64,000 bases of DNA from an uncultured Gammaproteobacteria bacterium (GCA_964549165.1 CAZJUH010000001.1:863-64862), one strand, 5' to 3'. Positions 1 to 9,625 are shown, counted from the first letter of the stretch. Made by a program: numbers and translations. The notes: a model not told the origin generated them from the letters alone.

Positions 1-28
1 GTCCTATTGTACCAAGAGTAAAGCCCTT

Positions 29-790
29 TTACTCATTTACATAACCCTCAACCACCACACATTGTCCATTTTGGTTAATACATTTCTTGCCCACAGGTAC
101 TACATCTGGACAAGCAAAGCTTTCTTTTTCACTTGCTTCTATGCAAGCTTCTCCACACCAGCTACATTCTATTTCTCTTGGAGCTTGTGTATTTCTTGCC
201 TCTATCCCCACAACCCTATAAATTGCACTACTAATTTTATCCACTTTTAATTCTTGATCCGATCCGGCTTCATTATACCCAGCCACCATATTTCCATAAC
301 TGGTGTCGAGGCTAACCTTGGCCTGTCCATTAGTAATTGCCACAAAATTAAGTTTTACTATGCTGACCACTCCCTTTGGTAAACCTTTTGTTTCCTTCTC
401 TGTATTTGCTCCCACCAAATCATAAATTCCCGCTTCGTCATTAATATTTGACACTATTATTTCTTCCTCTCCCCTAAGCCAAGCATTTGTGACATTTGAC
501 GTGGAAGCTCTATTTCTTGTCACCACTTCTACGCTTTCTAGTTTCAATACTGACTGCTCGTATCTTACTCTTAAATCAGCTCCAGTTAAGAGTCGGTCTT
601 TGGTGTCAATCATTAAAGTAGTTGTTAGTTTTTCGCCCACTTTAAGTGTTTTTTCATTAGGTAGGAATAATGCCTCCACGTTAGCAAAAGAAGCTCCACT
701 TCTTGTCTCTTGATTGTTTTTAACCAAAAAACCAGCTCCAGCCAAAGTGGCTATTAAAATTAGAATTACTAGAATATTCTTTATTCTCAT
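29..790 (-). CDS. Secreted/membrane-anchored protein, beta-rich central region (possible cohesin-like module) and a Cys-rich C-terminus
   Basis: 253-aa ORF with an N-terminal hydrophobic signal/anchor (ILVILILIATLAGAGFLV) and a C-terminal cluster of 8 Cys. It lies directly downstream of the dockerin-bearing gene. The cohesin call is a guess from context only. Confidence 0.4.
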   Translation of the reverse strand: MRIKNILVILILIATLAGAGFLVKNNQETRSGASFANVEALFLPNEKTLKVGEKLTTTLMIDTKDRLLTGADLRVRYEQSVLKLESVEVVTRNRASTSNVTNAWLRGEEEIIVSNINDEAGIYDLVGANTEKETKGLPKGVVSIVKLNFVAITNGQAKVSLDTSYGNMVAGYNEAGSDQELKVDKISSAIYRVVGIEARNTQAPREIECSWCGEACIEASEKESFACPDVVPVGKKCINQNGQCVVVEGYVNE

Positions 791-795
791 ATTTT

Positions 796-3225
796 TTAAT
801 TACTGTCACTAACCGTTAATCTTTTTGTTTCCAAAAAAATCTCTCTCCAGATCTTATAGTCAGTTGTCTCCACCTTTTTATCACAGTTAAAATCAGCTTT
901 ACTTACCAGTCCCTTGGCATATTCATACCTCCAGATTGCATAATCAGCCAGATTAATCTTTCCGTCTCTGTTGGCATCACCTTTACCATTGACACATTCA
1001 CCACTTCTCGAGGTTGGTTTTAAGGTTACACTTTTTGTCGGCACTAATGTTACAGAAATTCTACATTTCTCGTTAAATGCCCTATAAATTGTTTGATCAC
1101 TTTTAGGGTTATCCTCACAAGTTTTATTTTCAAGTCTTTCCCACCAAGTATATTGCAAATTATTTACCTTACTACATCTAGAACATTGTAATGATTTTCT
1201 TGTCTCCATTGGTGCTCTACAGTTTGCATCATAAGTTCGAAGAACCTCTATTGAAGCCAAAGGATCAATAGAACAATCTACTGCTGTCCACACCGTTCTC
1301 ATAAAATCATAAAACTTACTACATCGATTACAATTATTTTCAACTGATGTTGGTTTACTTGTGGGTGTTAAAGTTATGGGTATCTTTTTCGGGGTTGGGG
1401 TTGGTTTATTAATACTCCATGAATAATTCGCATCAACCAGCTGCCAATTTGTGCCTTTATCTTTTGAGACAAGTAAAACTGGATCTTGAGGCACAACTTC
1501 TTTGTATTCACAATACCCTCTTTCTGCAAAACAGTTTGTTTTTATTACCAAGGGTTTTTCTGGCCATTTTTTATTGTAAGCAATAACATTTTCAGGAGTA
1601 AAACGAGTTATTAGTGTTGAATAGTTTAGATATATGTTACCCATATTATCGATAGTCATTTTTTGCTGCCAAGCACCATAATCAGTTCTCCAGGGAGTTA
1701 CCAGTTCTTTATGTTTTAAATTTATAATTCCACTGTTTGGATCTCCGGGATTTTTTAAATTACTAAAAGTTGACCATATTCCATCTTTTTTCATTTGCAT
1801 GTAAACAAGATATCTATATCCACTATATCCACCACCCCGATTACTGTTACGTGCCGCTAGATGCAAGGTATTATCAGCGTCAGAAACAAGACTGATGTAT
1901 GTATATCCAGAAACATCGCTAATTTTTTTAGCTTCCGTCCAAGAAGAATCAGCCGCATAGCTAGTCGGGACCGTATGTTTCGATTTAACATAATAAAAAT
2001 GTCCATTATGTGACCCTATAATAACGTGAAGATAACCATTTGAGTCAAGAGTAATAGCCGGATTTCCATGCGAATCAGGCCCAAGCTGATTAGTAAACTC
2101 ACCCCCAATGGCACAACCAATAAAAACTGGAGTACTTGTAGAATTAGTATTTCTATCATAGGCTACAACATAATTTGGCAAAGAATAATTTGCTCCAGCT
2201 ACTTGTTTACATATTTCTTTAGAATTTTCAGCCTCATAAACAATATATGAAAAAGAACCTTTGGTAACAACATTATTTGATCCACCCGAATGATTAATAC
2301 TTAACAAAGCGTCGATAGCAATAATTTTTGGTTCAGGAATGGTTAAGGTTTTGTCTGAATTGAGAATCGGTTTTGTTATGTATAAATTTTTATTAGTTCT
2401 ATAAGGAGATGGCGAAGAATCAAGTGACCCAGAATTTAAACGGTGAATTAGTATAGTCGGAGGACCAATGATGCGATTATGTCCACTATTAAATTCAAGC
2501 GTCGCCGCCATTCTATTACCATTAGACAGATTTACCACTCCGGGAATTTTGTACGCTTCCCAGTTTTGACCATAATCCTTGGAAAAAAGGAGTAGTCCCA
2601 CCGATTTACTTCCATCTTTAAAAGAAGGTGTGTCGATATAGGTATAAGCGTAGCAGTTGTTATCAAAAACAATTCTATCTTCGTAATTGACACTATCTTT
2701 CATCTTTCCATCCCAAGTACCTATTTCAGGATGTTTTTTTACGTATTCAAAGGCACTTGCGCGCATATCAACAATTTTCCAGGTTCCATTATCATCTAAA
2801 ATTTGAACTTTACCCGTACTATCTTGAATTCTTATATAAGGACGATTATTACAATCAAAACTTACTACCCCAGGTAAAAAATTTGGATTATACCCAAAGT
2901 CTCTTTCGTTTTTTATCTGTGAATTTTCAAATTTTTGAAAAATTGGTATAGTTAGACTTGACTTTGTCGCTGAACACTTTTTTTGTAAACCAAGGGATAA
3001 CAAATTATAATCCACCTTATCAACATTCCCATCATTATTAAAATCGGCAGTTTTTCCACCTGATCCCACACTTTCTTTATTCCAAATAAGTAAATCGAGT
3101 GGATTTATTGTATTATCACAATTTGCATCTCCGCATTTTTTTAATCCACAAGTATCTTCAGCAAAAATAAAATTAGTTTCAAACAAAAAAACAAAAGCCA
3201 AAAAGCACCAAATTATCTTCTTCAT
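796..3225 (-). CDS. Large secreted BNR/Asp-box repeat protein with N- and C-terminal dockerin-like Ca-binding repeat pairs
   Basis: 809-aa ORF with a signal peptide. Dockerin-type motifs DANCDNTINPLDLLIW / DFNNDGNVDKVDYNLL near the N-terminus and DANRDGKINLADYAIW / DFNCDKKVETTDYKIW at the C-terminus. Asp-box motifs (SKDYGQNW, SKDKGTNW) occur in between. Confidence 0.6.
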   Translation of the reverse strand: MKKIIWCFLAFVFLFETNFIFAEDTCGLKKCGDANCDNTINPLDLLIWNKESVGSGGKTADFNNDGNVDKVDYNLLSLGLQKKCSATKSSLTIPIFQKFENSQIKNERDFGYNPNFLPGVVSFDCNNRPYIRIQDSTGKVQILDDNGTWKIVDMRASAFEYVKKHPEIGTWDGKMKDSVNYEDRIVFDNNCYAYTYIDTPSFKDGSKSVGLLLFSKDYGQNWEAYKIPGVVNLSNGNRMAATLEFNSGHNRIIGPPTILIHRLNSGSLDSSPSPYRTNKNLYITKPILNSDKTLTIPEPKIIAIDALLSINHSGGSNNVVTKGSFSYIVYEAENSKEICKQVAGANYSLPNYVVAYDRNTNSTSTPVFIGCAIGGEFTNQLGPDSHGNPAITLDSNGYLHVIIGSHNGHFYYVKSKHTVPTSYAADSSWTEAKKISDVSGYTYISLVSDADNTLHLAARNSNRGGGYSGYRYLVYMQMKKDGIWSTFSNLKNPGDPNSGIINLKHKELVTPWRTDYGAWQQKMTIDNMGNIYLNYSTLITRFTPENVIAYNKKWPEKPLVIKTNCFAERGYCEYKEVVPQDPVLLVSKDKGTNWQLVDANYSWSINKPTPTPKKIPITLTPTSKPTSVENNCNRCSKFYDFMRTVWTAVDCSIDPLASIEVLRTYDANCRAPMETRKSLQCSRCSKVNNLQYTWWERLENKTCEDNPKSDQTIYRAFNEKCRISVTLVPTKSVTLKPTSRSGECVNGKGDANRDGKINLADYAIWRYEYAKGLVSKADFNCDKKVETTDYKIWREIFLETKRLTVSDSN

Positions 3226-3234
3226 AGCATGATA

Positions 3235-4224
3235 CTATACATTTTTATCAATCATTTCAACAATCAATTTAGCCACATTTATTCCCGTCGCTTTTTCAAA
3301 GCCCTGAAACTGGCACTGCCGGTTTACTTCTAAAATATAATTTTCGTAATCTTCTTTATTGTATTTTTTAGAATTTAGATTTTTGGATTTAGGATTTTTC
3401 ATAATATCAACTCCCCCATAATCAAGGCCACACACCCGAGCCACCTTTTCCGCCAAATTTCTCTCTTCTTCGTTTAAATTCCACGCCTCAACCTCTCCCC
3501 CCAGCGAAAAATTACTTCTAAACTCCTCCCCCACTGCTGATCTTTTCATCCCTCCAATTGCCCTTCCATCAACAATCAACGCCCTTATATCCCACCTTGT
3601 CGGTAAATATTTCTGCCAGAGAAACATTCCCAAATTCTTTTCGTTAATTTTATTCACGAATTTTTCCATCTCGTCTCTATTTTCAAACTTTCTCACCGAT
3701 TTTCCTTGATACCCTCTTTCATGTTTGGCAATTACCGGATACCCCCATTCAGAAAAATTGTCGCCACTTAATATTTGTTCCTTTGTATAAAAAATTCTTG
3801 TCGGTACTATCGGAATATCATTTTCCAAAAACACCCCATGCTGAGCTATTTTACCCATTCTCGTCCACCCCAAATAACCCTTTTTATTCACGCAAAATAT
3901 TTTTTCTCCCAAAATTCTTATTACCAAATTTCTCGCCTCGGTGTATTTCCCGCTTTTTGTCCCCGCCACCCTAAACCACAGCCCCAAAGTATTTTCCTCC
4001 ATCAACTCTTCCCCTCGAACATAGACTCTTGCAATATTTTTTTTCTCTCCCTTGTCAAAGGGAGAAGCGGCCAACGGCCGAGAGGGATTGAGATCAAACG
4101 ATAGCTCCCTATAAAGTACTCTGTTTACTTCAATCCCCAAAGCCCTTGCCTCGCTTTCTAATCTGTCCACCTCAAACTGGCTTTGCTTTGGTGACATCGT
4201 AAAAGTTACAATTTTTCTGGTCAT
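3235..4224 (-). CDS. RimK-family ATP-grasp ligase (alpha-L-glutamate ligase-like)
   Basis: 329 aa. ATP-grasp motifs include ...IRALIVDGRAIGGMKR...FRSNFSLGGEVEAW...GLDYGGVDIM. The gene carries in-frame insertions of two repeat elements (RPLAASPFDKGEKK, KNPKSKNLNSKK). Confidence 0.75.
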   Translation of the reverse strand: MTRKIVTFTMSPKQSQFEVDRLESEARALGIEVNRVLYRELSFDLNPSRPLAASPFDKGEKKNIARVYVRGEELMEENTLGLWFRVAGTKSGKYTEARNLVIRILGEKIFCVNKKGYLGWTRMGKIAQHGVFLENDIPIVPTRIFYTKEQILSGDNFSEWGYPVIAKHERGYQGKSVRKFENRDEMEKFVNKINEKNLGMFLWQKYLPTRWDIRALIVDGRAIGGMKRSAVGEEFRSNFSLGGEVEAWNLNEEERNLAEKVARVCGLDYGGVDIMKNPKSKNLNSKKYNKEDYENYILEVNRQCQFQGFEKATGINVAKLIVEMIDKNV

Positions 4225-4337
4225 AATTTTATTTATAAAAAATATTGAAAAATTCGCAATTATCTTTTTTTATTGACGTTGAACGTGGTAACACATTCAC
4301 AGGAAACAAAAAAATGGTAATAAGAATTTTTCATAAA

Positions 4338-5342
4338 CTATTTTTTAAGCGAAACTAAATATTTAACTATTTCCATTGGGACATCAATTCCGGTCGCTTT
4401 CATAAACCCTTTAAATTGAGGTCCTTTGTTTATTTCCCAAATTACCGGCTTTTTCATATCAAAACCTCTAAAGGCCACATCGACTCCGGCCACGGCCAGT
4501 CCGCAAACTTTCGCCGCTTTTACCGCTAGCTCTTTAATTTCCTCCGGCAAATCCGCCACTTCCACTGTCCCTCCGGCACTATAATTATTTCTAAATTCAT
4601 TTTTAGCGGTTCTGGCTCTTTTCATCACCCCCAGTACCTTTTCTCCCAGCACCAAAACTCTAAAATCACCGTCATTTTCAATATATTCCTGGAGCATATA
4701 TCTTTTTCCCTCTTCGGTTTCGCTTTTTCTCAAATCCCGAACCAATTTTTCGAGCTCTTCTATACTATTCGCTTTAAACACCCTCGTCCCCCTGTCTCCC
4801 CCGCTACCTTTTAATATTACAGGGAAACTAAATCGATAATTCGAGGCCAACAATTTTTCCTGACATTGAGCCTGCTTTGCAGACTCGCCGGAAGAAAAAA
4901 TTCGTTGGTGAGAATTATCTTCTCGTGCCATCACCTCATATAAATACCACAAAGATCCATAAACACTTCTCGGAACTTCAATCCCCTCTTCTTTTAATTT
5001 CAGCATTTGCCAAGCCTTACACGCGTAGCTCGGCTTCCCAAATCTTACGAGTGGGTCAACCACAATTGGCCCATGCCCTTCCGAAGCCTTAGGCGAAGGA
5101 GGGTTTATACTATTTATAATAAGATCTACCTCCTCCCAGTGCTTTCCCGTAGTTCTAAAAAATAAAACATCATAATCACTGGCATTTTTTCCTCTCAAAG
5201 AAATTTTTCCTGTTTCCGTTTCAAAACAAACCTGATTATATGACACCAAATCAAGTGACACCCCCATTTTTCTGGCCGCTTCTCTGACAAGGACCAGATG
5301 TTTACTAATTTTTCCTCCAAAAAATACTGCAATCTTAATCAT
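4338..5342 (-). CDS. RimK-family ATP-grasp ligase paralog
   Basis: 334 aa. Motifs FRVLVLGEKVLGVMKR...FRNNYSAGGTVEVADL...GLAVAGVDVAF match RimK / glutathione-synthetase-like ATP-grasp enzymes. Confidence 0.75.
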   Translation of the reverse strand: MIKIAVFFGGKISKHLVLVREAARKMGVSLDLVSYNQVCFETETGKISLRGKNASDYDVLFFRTTGKHWEEVDLIINSINPPSPKASEGHGPIVVDPLVRFGKPSYACKAWQMLKLKEEGIEVPRSVYGSLWYLYEVMAREDNSHQRIFSSGESAKQAQCQEKLLASNYRFSFPVILKGSGGDRGTRVFKANSIEELEKLVRDLRKSETEEGKRYMLQEYIENDGDFRVLVLGEKVLGVMKRARTAKNEFRNNYSAGGTVEVADLPEEIKELAVKAAKVCGLAVAGVDVAFRGFDMKKPVIWEINKGPQFKGFMKATGIDVPMEIVKYLVSLKK

Positions 5343-5343
5343 C

Positions 5344-6846
5344 TTATTTTCTATTCTTTTTTAATAAATAATTTCTCCCCTCCTTGTCAAGGGAGGTGGC
5401 AGGGGTGAGTTTTACTGCGCTCACTAAAAATCCTTCTAAATCTTTCCTTCCGAGTAAAAATTTTGTTCTCAGTTTTTCTCTATCGGCCACATTGACGGCT
5501 GTTACCACTTTTTTTCCTTGCAGCCAAAAACTTACCCCAATTACCGGTCGATTTTTATGTTTACCGAGGCTTGATTTATAATGCCTAAAATATAATATTT
5601 TTTCCGAGGAAAGTAGTCCCAATTTTTCGGCCAGGCTTCTATCAATTGAGCTTCTAAAAGCTCCCGTGTCTACCTTTGCCCGTACTTCAACTACCCGGTG
5701 CTTTCCCTGTTTTATGATTGGGCTTTTTTGTAAATCCGGCTTAAAACCTTTAGGGATTTTCATTCTAATAATTTCGAGGGGCTGAATAGTTTTATCTTTT
5801 TCTTTTTCCGATACCTTATCCGAAAACTTTTCTCCAAATAAATATTTAGCGAGAGCTATTCCATGTTCATCACTTCTTACTGTTATATCGTCAATTTTTT
5901 CGATTCTACTTTTTAGACCTGCTTTATTACAAAGTTGAATAGAAAGTCCCGACCGGGCATTTACTTCGAGTATTTTAGGACCGTCTTCTTTGTCAATCAC
6001 CACATCCACTCCGACAAAGCCGAGACCCGGAATCGCCCCCTGGCATTTTACTGCCGTCTCGAGCACCTCTTTCCAAAAAGGAATTTTTATCCCATTCACT
6101 TTTATCATCTTTTTTTTACCAAAATCATGTATTTTTCTAATTTCGACCCCCTTTCCCTCAATTCCAAAAGTGGTAATTCCACTGGCGAGGTCAATTCCGA
6201 GGCCATAGGCCCCCTGTTGTAAATTAGCTTTTCCCCCGCTCTTTTCGGTGGGAATTCGCAGCATCGCCATCACCGGCACCCGATTGTAAATAATTACCCT
6301 AATATCGGGGGTTCCTGATTTTGTCAAAGTCAAAAACAACGGGTGAATCTTAATTCTCTCTTCCACAATTACCCCATCCGCCGTTCCATGCAAACTATAT
6401 TTTCCCCCAAGTATTTCGAGACAATGTAGTTTAATTTCTTCGAGACTTATTACCTTTCCATTCATCATTAAAAAATTTATATTTTCGCTTTTAGAATTTA
6501 GATTTTTTTTTCTAATTATAAGTATTCCCTCCCCTCCATATCCTGACACCGGCTTAATCACAAAATTTCCTTCAAGTTTGCTCCACTCAAAATTCTCTCC
6601 TTCTTCTCTGTTTTTAAACCTCACAATTAGTTTCGGGACCCCTATTCCCGCTTTTGCTAGTCTTCTCTTTGTTTTATATTTATTATCGGCAATCGCCCTA
6701 CCCTCCGCTGTATTTTTTCTCAAATACACCTTATTTCTCTCATTTTTGGTCAAAAACTGATGATATTGCTTAAAATTTATTCCAAACATATGAAAATCAA
6801 TGACCAATAACCAAATTACAAGAAACAAACAAATTACAATTAACAA
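5344..6846 (-). CDS. ATP-grasp ligase (alpha-L-glutamate ligase-like) fused to a C-terminal retropepsin-like putative Zn-protease (RimB-like) domain; N-terminal TM helix
   Basis: 500 aa. N-terminal TM helix. ATP-grasp core (GYGGEGILII ... ILEVNARSGLSIQ). The C-terminal ~130 aa (HRVVEVRAKVDTGAFRSSID...VSFWLQGKK) resemble the RimK-associated 'ATP-dependent zinc protease' domain family. Two repeat-element insertions are present. Confidence 0.6.
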   Translation of the reverse strand: MLIVICLFLVIWLLVIDFHMFGINFKQYHQFLTKNERNKVYLRKNTAEGRAIADNKYKTKRRLAKAGIGVPKLIVRFKNREEGENFEWSKLEGNFVIKPVSGYGGEGILIIRKKNLNSKSENINFLMMNGKVISLEEIKLHCLEILGGKYSLHGTADGVIVEERIKIHPLFLTLTKSGTPDIRVIIYNRVPVMAMLRIPTEKSGGKANLQQGAYGLGIDLASGITTFGIEGKGVEIRKIHDFGKKKMIKVNGIKIPFWKEVLETAVKCQGAIPGLGFVGVDVVIDKEDGPKILEVNARSGLSIQLCNKAGLKSRIEKIDDITVRSDEHGIALAKYLFGEKFSDKVSEKEKDKTIQPLEIIRMKIPKGFKPDLQKSPIIKQGKHRVVEVRAKVDTGAFRSSIDRSLAEKLGLLSSEKILYFRHYKSSLGKHKNRPVIGVSFWLQGKKVVTAVNVADREKLRTKFLLGRKDLEGFLVSAVKLTPATSLDKEGRNYLLKKNRK

Positions 6847-6933
6847 TAATCAAAAGTACAAACCATTTAGTTATTGTGATTTGAGACATTGGTAATTGTT
6901 TGGAATACTTGGTTATTGTCTCTTGGTTATTAG

Positions 6934-7692
6934 TCATTTTTTTCTAATCGCCCCTTTAAATCTTTTTATCTCTGTCAGCCTTATTCCTCCATATCTTCCG
7001 ACCAGCACATTAATTATTACTACAATTAAAATAACTATTTCTGCCCTTTTTAGCACCATTTCTTCAATTCCCTCTACCCCCATTATCATCGCCCCCACTG
7101 CCGCCAGCACTAGTGTTCCCGTCGTCAGGCTTACCGCCTCTTTTTTACTTTTAATCAGCTGGGTTCTGGCAAATTCTTCGGTTAAAAGTATCATAAACAG
7201 GATTGGGAAAATAGAAATTTTACTCACATCAACCATTTTAATATAAGAAGCTAGAATCATCGCCCCAAAAGTCCCCATACTGACAAAGAGCAGCGTAATT
7301 GATCTGGCCGGCCAAAAATGTAATTTTAATTTTTTAACCAAAAGATTACTCAGTAATGTAATTGCCAGTATTACGACAAACAGTATCAGCCCACTTCCTA
7401 CCCCCGTGGCCAGCAGAGCCACTGCCATCATGGTTGGCATAAAAATTCCATAACCGGAAAACCCGATCACATAGTGAATTACTGAAACGAGAGTTGCCAC
7501 CAGCGGTAGAAGCAGTAGTAAGGCCACCGTATTTTCCGGCACCCCTCTACTCACTGCTTCTGAGATTAAATAGCTGATTCCATTCCAAAACTTAAAAACA
7601 ACCCTTCCGCCTGTCTCCACTCCTTCCTGGGCATTCACTGCTCCCACATTTATAAAAAGCCACGCCAAAAATAAAAGGGCAGTTTTTCTCAT
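6934..7692 (-). CDS. Signal-peptide-bearing 7-TM membrane protein, first gene of the ATP-grasp cluster (7TM module of 7TM/ATP-grasp/protease systems)
   Basis: 252 aa. Signal peptide (FLAWLFINVGAVNAQE), a ~40-aa extracytoplasmic segment, then about 7 hydrophobic helices. Co-directional with and immediately upstream of the three ATP-grasp genes. Confidence 0.5.
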   Translation of the reverse strand: MRKTALLFLAWLFINVGAVNAQEGVETGGRVVFKFWNGISYLISEAVSRGVPENTVALLLLLPLVATLVSVIHYVIGFSGYGIFMPTMMAVALLATGVGSGLILFVVILAITLLSNLLVKKLKLHFWPARSITLLFVSMGTFGAMILASYIKMVDVSKISIFPILFMILLTEEFARTQLIKSKKEAVSLTTGTLVLAAVGAMIMGVEGIEEMVLKRAEIVILIVVIINVLVGRYGGIRLTEIKRFKGAIRKK

Positions 7693-7717
7693 ATTTTATA
7701 GTTTAATTTATAATTAT

Positions 7718-7776
7718 TGTAGATTGATAATTGAAGATTGTAGATTGTAGATTGTCCGCCAGAGGCGGAAAGATTG
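7718..7776. repeat. Heptad (AGATTGN)n array fused to a CCGCCAGAGGCGG hairpin (intergenic, between the 7TM gene and the pilin array)
   Basis: ttgtagattgataattgaagattgtagattgtagattgtCCGCCagaGGCGGaaagattg. Related heptad arrays lie at 19527-19557, 23984-24009, 24992-25034, 25222-25248, 27341-27375, 27487-27520, 29071-29100, 30364-30392, 37307-37340, 39709-39745, 45676-45710, 46657-46677, 54921-54955 and 59521-59544. CDS-embedded relatives lie at 3361-3400, 6488-6511 and 44801-44836. Confidence 0.8.
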
Positions 7777-7838
7777 TTTTCGTGGCGTATTATAACACCC
7801 TTTTATCCTAGTTTATTGTATAATTTGTTTATTAAAAT

Positions 7839-8162
7839 ATGAATAAATTTTTACTGGCTGAAGTCAATATAAGTAGCACCCCCTTAGGTACTGGTAAAAA
7901 TCTCGGGAATGTCTACAAAGATCCCGCCACTTTAGTTACTTTGATAGTCAGAAATAGCCTAACTGTCGCCGGAATTATTCTATTGGTTCTCATAATCGCC
8001 GGTGGTTTTATGATGATTTCTAGTGCTGGTTCCGGAGATCAAAAAAAAGCCGCCTCGGCTAGCGCCATGATTACCGATGCCGCCATTGGCTTCTTGGTAA
8101 TTTTTCTTAGTTACTTTATAATTCAAATCATAGAAGTTATTACCGGATTAACTATTTTATAA
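7839..8162 (+). CDS. TrbC/VirB2-like T4SS pilin-family small membrane protein (paralog 1 of 6)
   Basis: 107 aa. Two hydrophobic helices flank a short charged loop (AGGFMMISSAGSGDQKKAAS ... AIGFLVIFL). The same architecture and motif recur in the next five genes. Confidence 0.5.
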   Translation: MNKFLLAEVNISSTPLGTGKNLGNVYKDPATLVTLIVRNSLTVAGIILLVLIIAGGFMMISSAGSGDQKKAASASAMITDAAIGFLVIFLSYFIIQIIEVITGLTIL

Positions 8163-8165
8163 ATA

Positions 8166-8498
8166 ATGATTGGCATTTTTGGCACTATCACCAACCCCAC
8201 CAATTACGGCACTGCCGGTGACAAGGGCCAGGGACTTTTCACCTTTTTAAGCAACATTTTTAAATTTGCCGCTGTCGCTGGTGGTCTTTACATGATTGTT
8301 CAAATTATTCTAGCTGGCTTTGAATACATCAGTGCCTCAGGTGATACCAAAAAAACCGAAGCCGCTTGGGCCAAAATTTGGCAAAGTATTCTCGGTCTTG
8401 TCATTATTTCTTCTGCTTTTATTATTGCTGGTATCGTTGGTCGCTTCACTGGTATTGATATTCTCAATCCTGTTATAAAAGGCCCCGGTCAACCATAA
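8166..8498 (+). CDS. TrbC/VirB2-like pilin-family paralog 2
   Basis: 110 aa. Motif ILAGFEYISASGDTKKTEAAWAKIWQSILGLVII. Tightly packed with its neighbours (gaps of 1-4 nt). Confidence 0.5.
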   Translation: MIGIFGTITNPTNYGTAGDKGQGLFTFLSNIFKFAAVAGGLYMIVQIILAGFEYISASGDTKKTEAAWAKIWQSILGLVIISSAFIIAGIVGRFTGIDILNPVIKGPGQP

Positions 8499-8499
8499 T

Positions 8500-8841
8500 A
8501 TGAAATTAATTGCCTACACGCTCACAGGTCCCGGTAAAAATCCCACCGGTGGGGTCGAAGCCACCACCATGCTGGAAAAGCTCGCCAGCAATCTAATTGG
8601 CATTCTTACTATTGTTGCTGTCCTCTTTTTTGTCATTCAAATTATTTTTGCTGGTTATAGTTTCATCTCTTCCGGTGGCGACGAAAAAATGATGGAGACT
8701 AGCCGTAAAAAACTTACCAATGGTATTCTTGGTTTAGTTATCGTTATTCTCGCTGTTGGGATTGGCTCACTTATCGCCAAGCTTCTGGGACTTGAAAATA
8801 TTTTTAGTCTCAACGAAATGTTTATTAAAATGGGTTTATAA
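8500..8841 (+). CDS. TrbC/VirB2-like pilin-family paralog 3
   Basis: 113 aa. Motif IFAGYSFISSGGDEKMMETSRKKLTNGILGLVIVIL. Confidence 0.5.
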   Translation: MKLIAYTLTGPGKNPTGGVEATTMLEKLASNLIGILTIVAVLFFVIQIIFAGYSFISSGGDEKMMETSRKKLTNGILGLVIVILAVGIGSLIAKLLGLENIFSLNEMFIKMGL

Positions 8842-8853
8842 AATTAAAAAACT

Positions 8854-9177
8854 ATGCCAATATGCAATCCACTCTTAAAAAATTGTAACAACGTTACTGA
8901 CCCCTTAGGTTACACTAATAACGTTCTCCAGTCGGCATTTTCCATCTTGTTTGTTATTGGTATTATCAATTTTATTTGGAATTTTATGATGGGTGCTTAT
9001 AGTTTAATCAGTCAAGGGGGAGAGAAAGAAAAGGTAGAAACTGCCAAACATAAATTCACTAATGCTTTTCTTGGCCTCGTACTCATGTTTGTCATCTTTG
9101 CCATTCTCAAGCTGGTTGGATATATTACCGGTATCAAGGGTCTTGATACTCTCCAGCTAAGCTGGCCTACCCTTTAA
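8854..9177 (+). CDS. TrbC/VirB2-like pilin-family paralog 4
   Basis: 107 aa. Motif MMGAYSLISQGGEKEKVETAKHKFTNAFLGLVLMFVIF. Confidence 0.5.
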   Translation: MPICNPLLKNCNNVTDPLGYTNNVLQSAFSILFVIGIINFIWNFMMGAYSLISQGGEKEKVETAKHKFTNAFLGLVLMFVIFAILKLVGYITGIKGLDTLQLSWPTL

Positions 9178-9230
9178 AATAATCCATTTCCCTGTTAAAC
9201 TTTATTAATTTATTAAAAATTTAAAAAAAT

Positions 9231-9602
9231 ATGTCTTCAATCAAAAACAAGCTTCAATTTGCCCTCTTAGCCATTCCCGCCTTTGCCGCAGAGACAATTG
9301 ATCTCGCTCCAAAAGATAATTTTGCCGGTTTAGCTGATTTAAGTTTTAGTGGTATTATTTCCGGAGCCGTCTCCCTAATTCTTTTAGTGGTCGCTCTAGT
9401 TTTCTTTTTTATCCTTATCACAGGCGGTTTAAAATGGGTTATGTCCGGTGGTGACCAAAAAAATGTCGAGGCGGCTCGCAATCAAATCACCAACGCTCTT
9501 ATTGGCCTGGCCATTGTCTTTGCTACTTTCGCCATTATGAAATTAATTGAAACCCTTTTTGGCATCACCATCCTCAGTAATCTTACTATCAAGCCTTTTT
9601 AA
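9231..9602 (+). CDS. TrbC/VirB2-like pilin-family paralog 5 (with cleavable signal peptide)
   Basis: 123 aa. Signal peptide LLAIPAFAAE, then LKWVMSGGDQKNVEAARNQITNALIGLAIVFATF. A rho-independent terminator follows. Confidence 0.5.
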   Translation: MSSIKNKLQFALLAIPAFAAETIDLAPKDNFAGLADLSFSGIISGAVSLILLVVALVFFFILITGGLKWVMSGGDQKNVEAARNQITNALIGLAIVFATFAIMKLIETLFGITILSNLTIKPF

Positions 9603-9625
9603 GAAAATTCGAATTAAATCCCAAA

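Noticed and set aside
3775-4104. Antisense ORFs inside RimK, ftsH, the 974-aa gene, copA and others (e.g. 3775-4104, 17437-17889, 21604-21915, 54731-55117)
   Set aside because: They are nested on the opposite strand of long ORFs with clear homology-type motifs. They are low-complexity and are not supported as genes.
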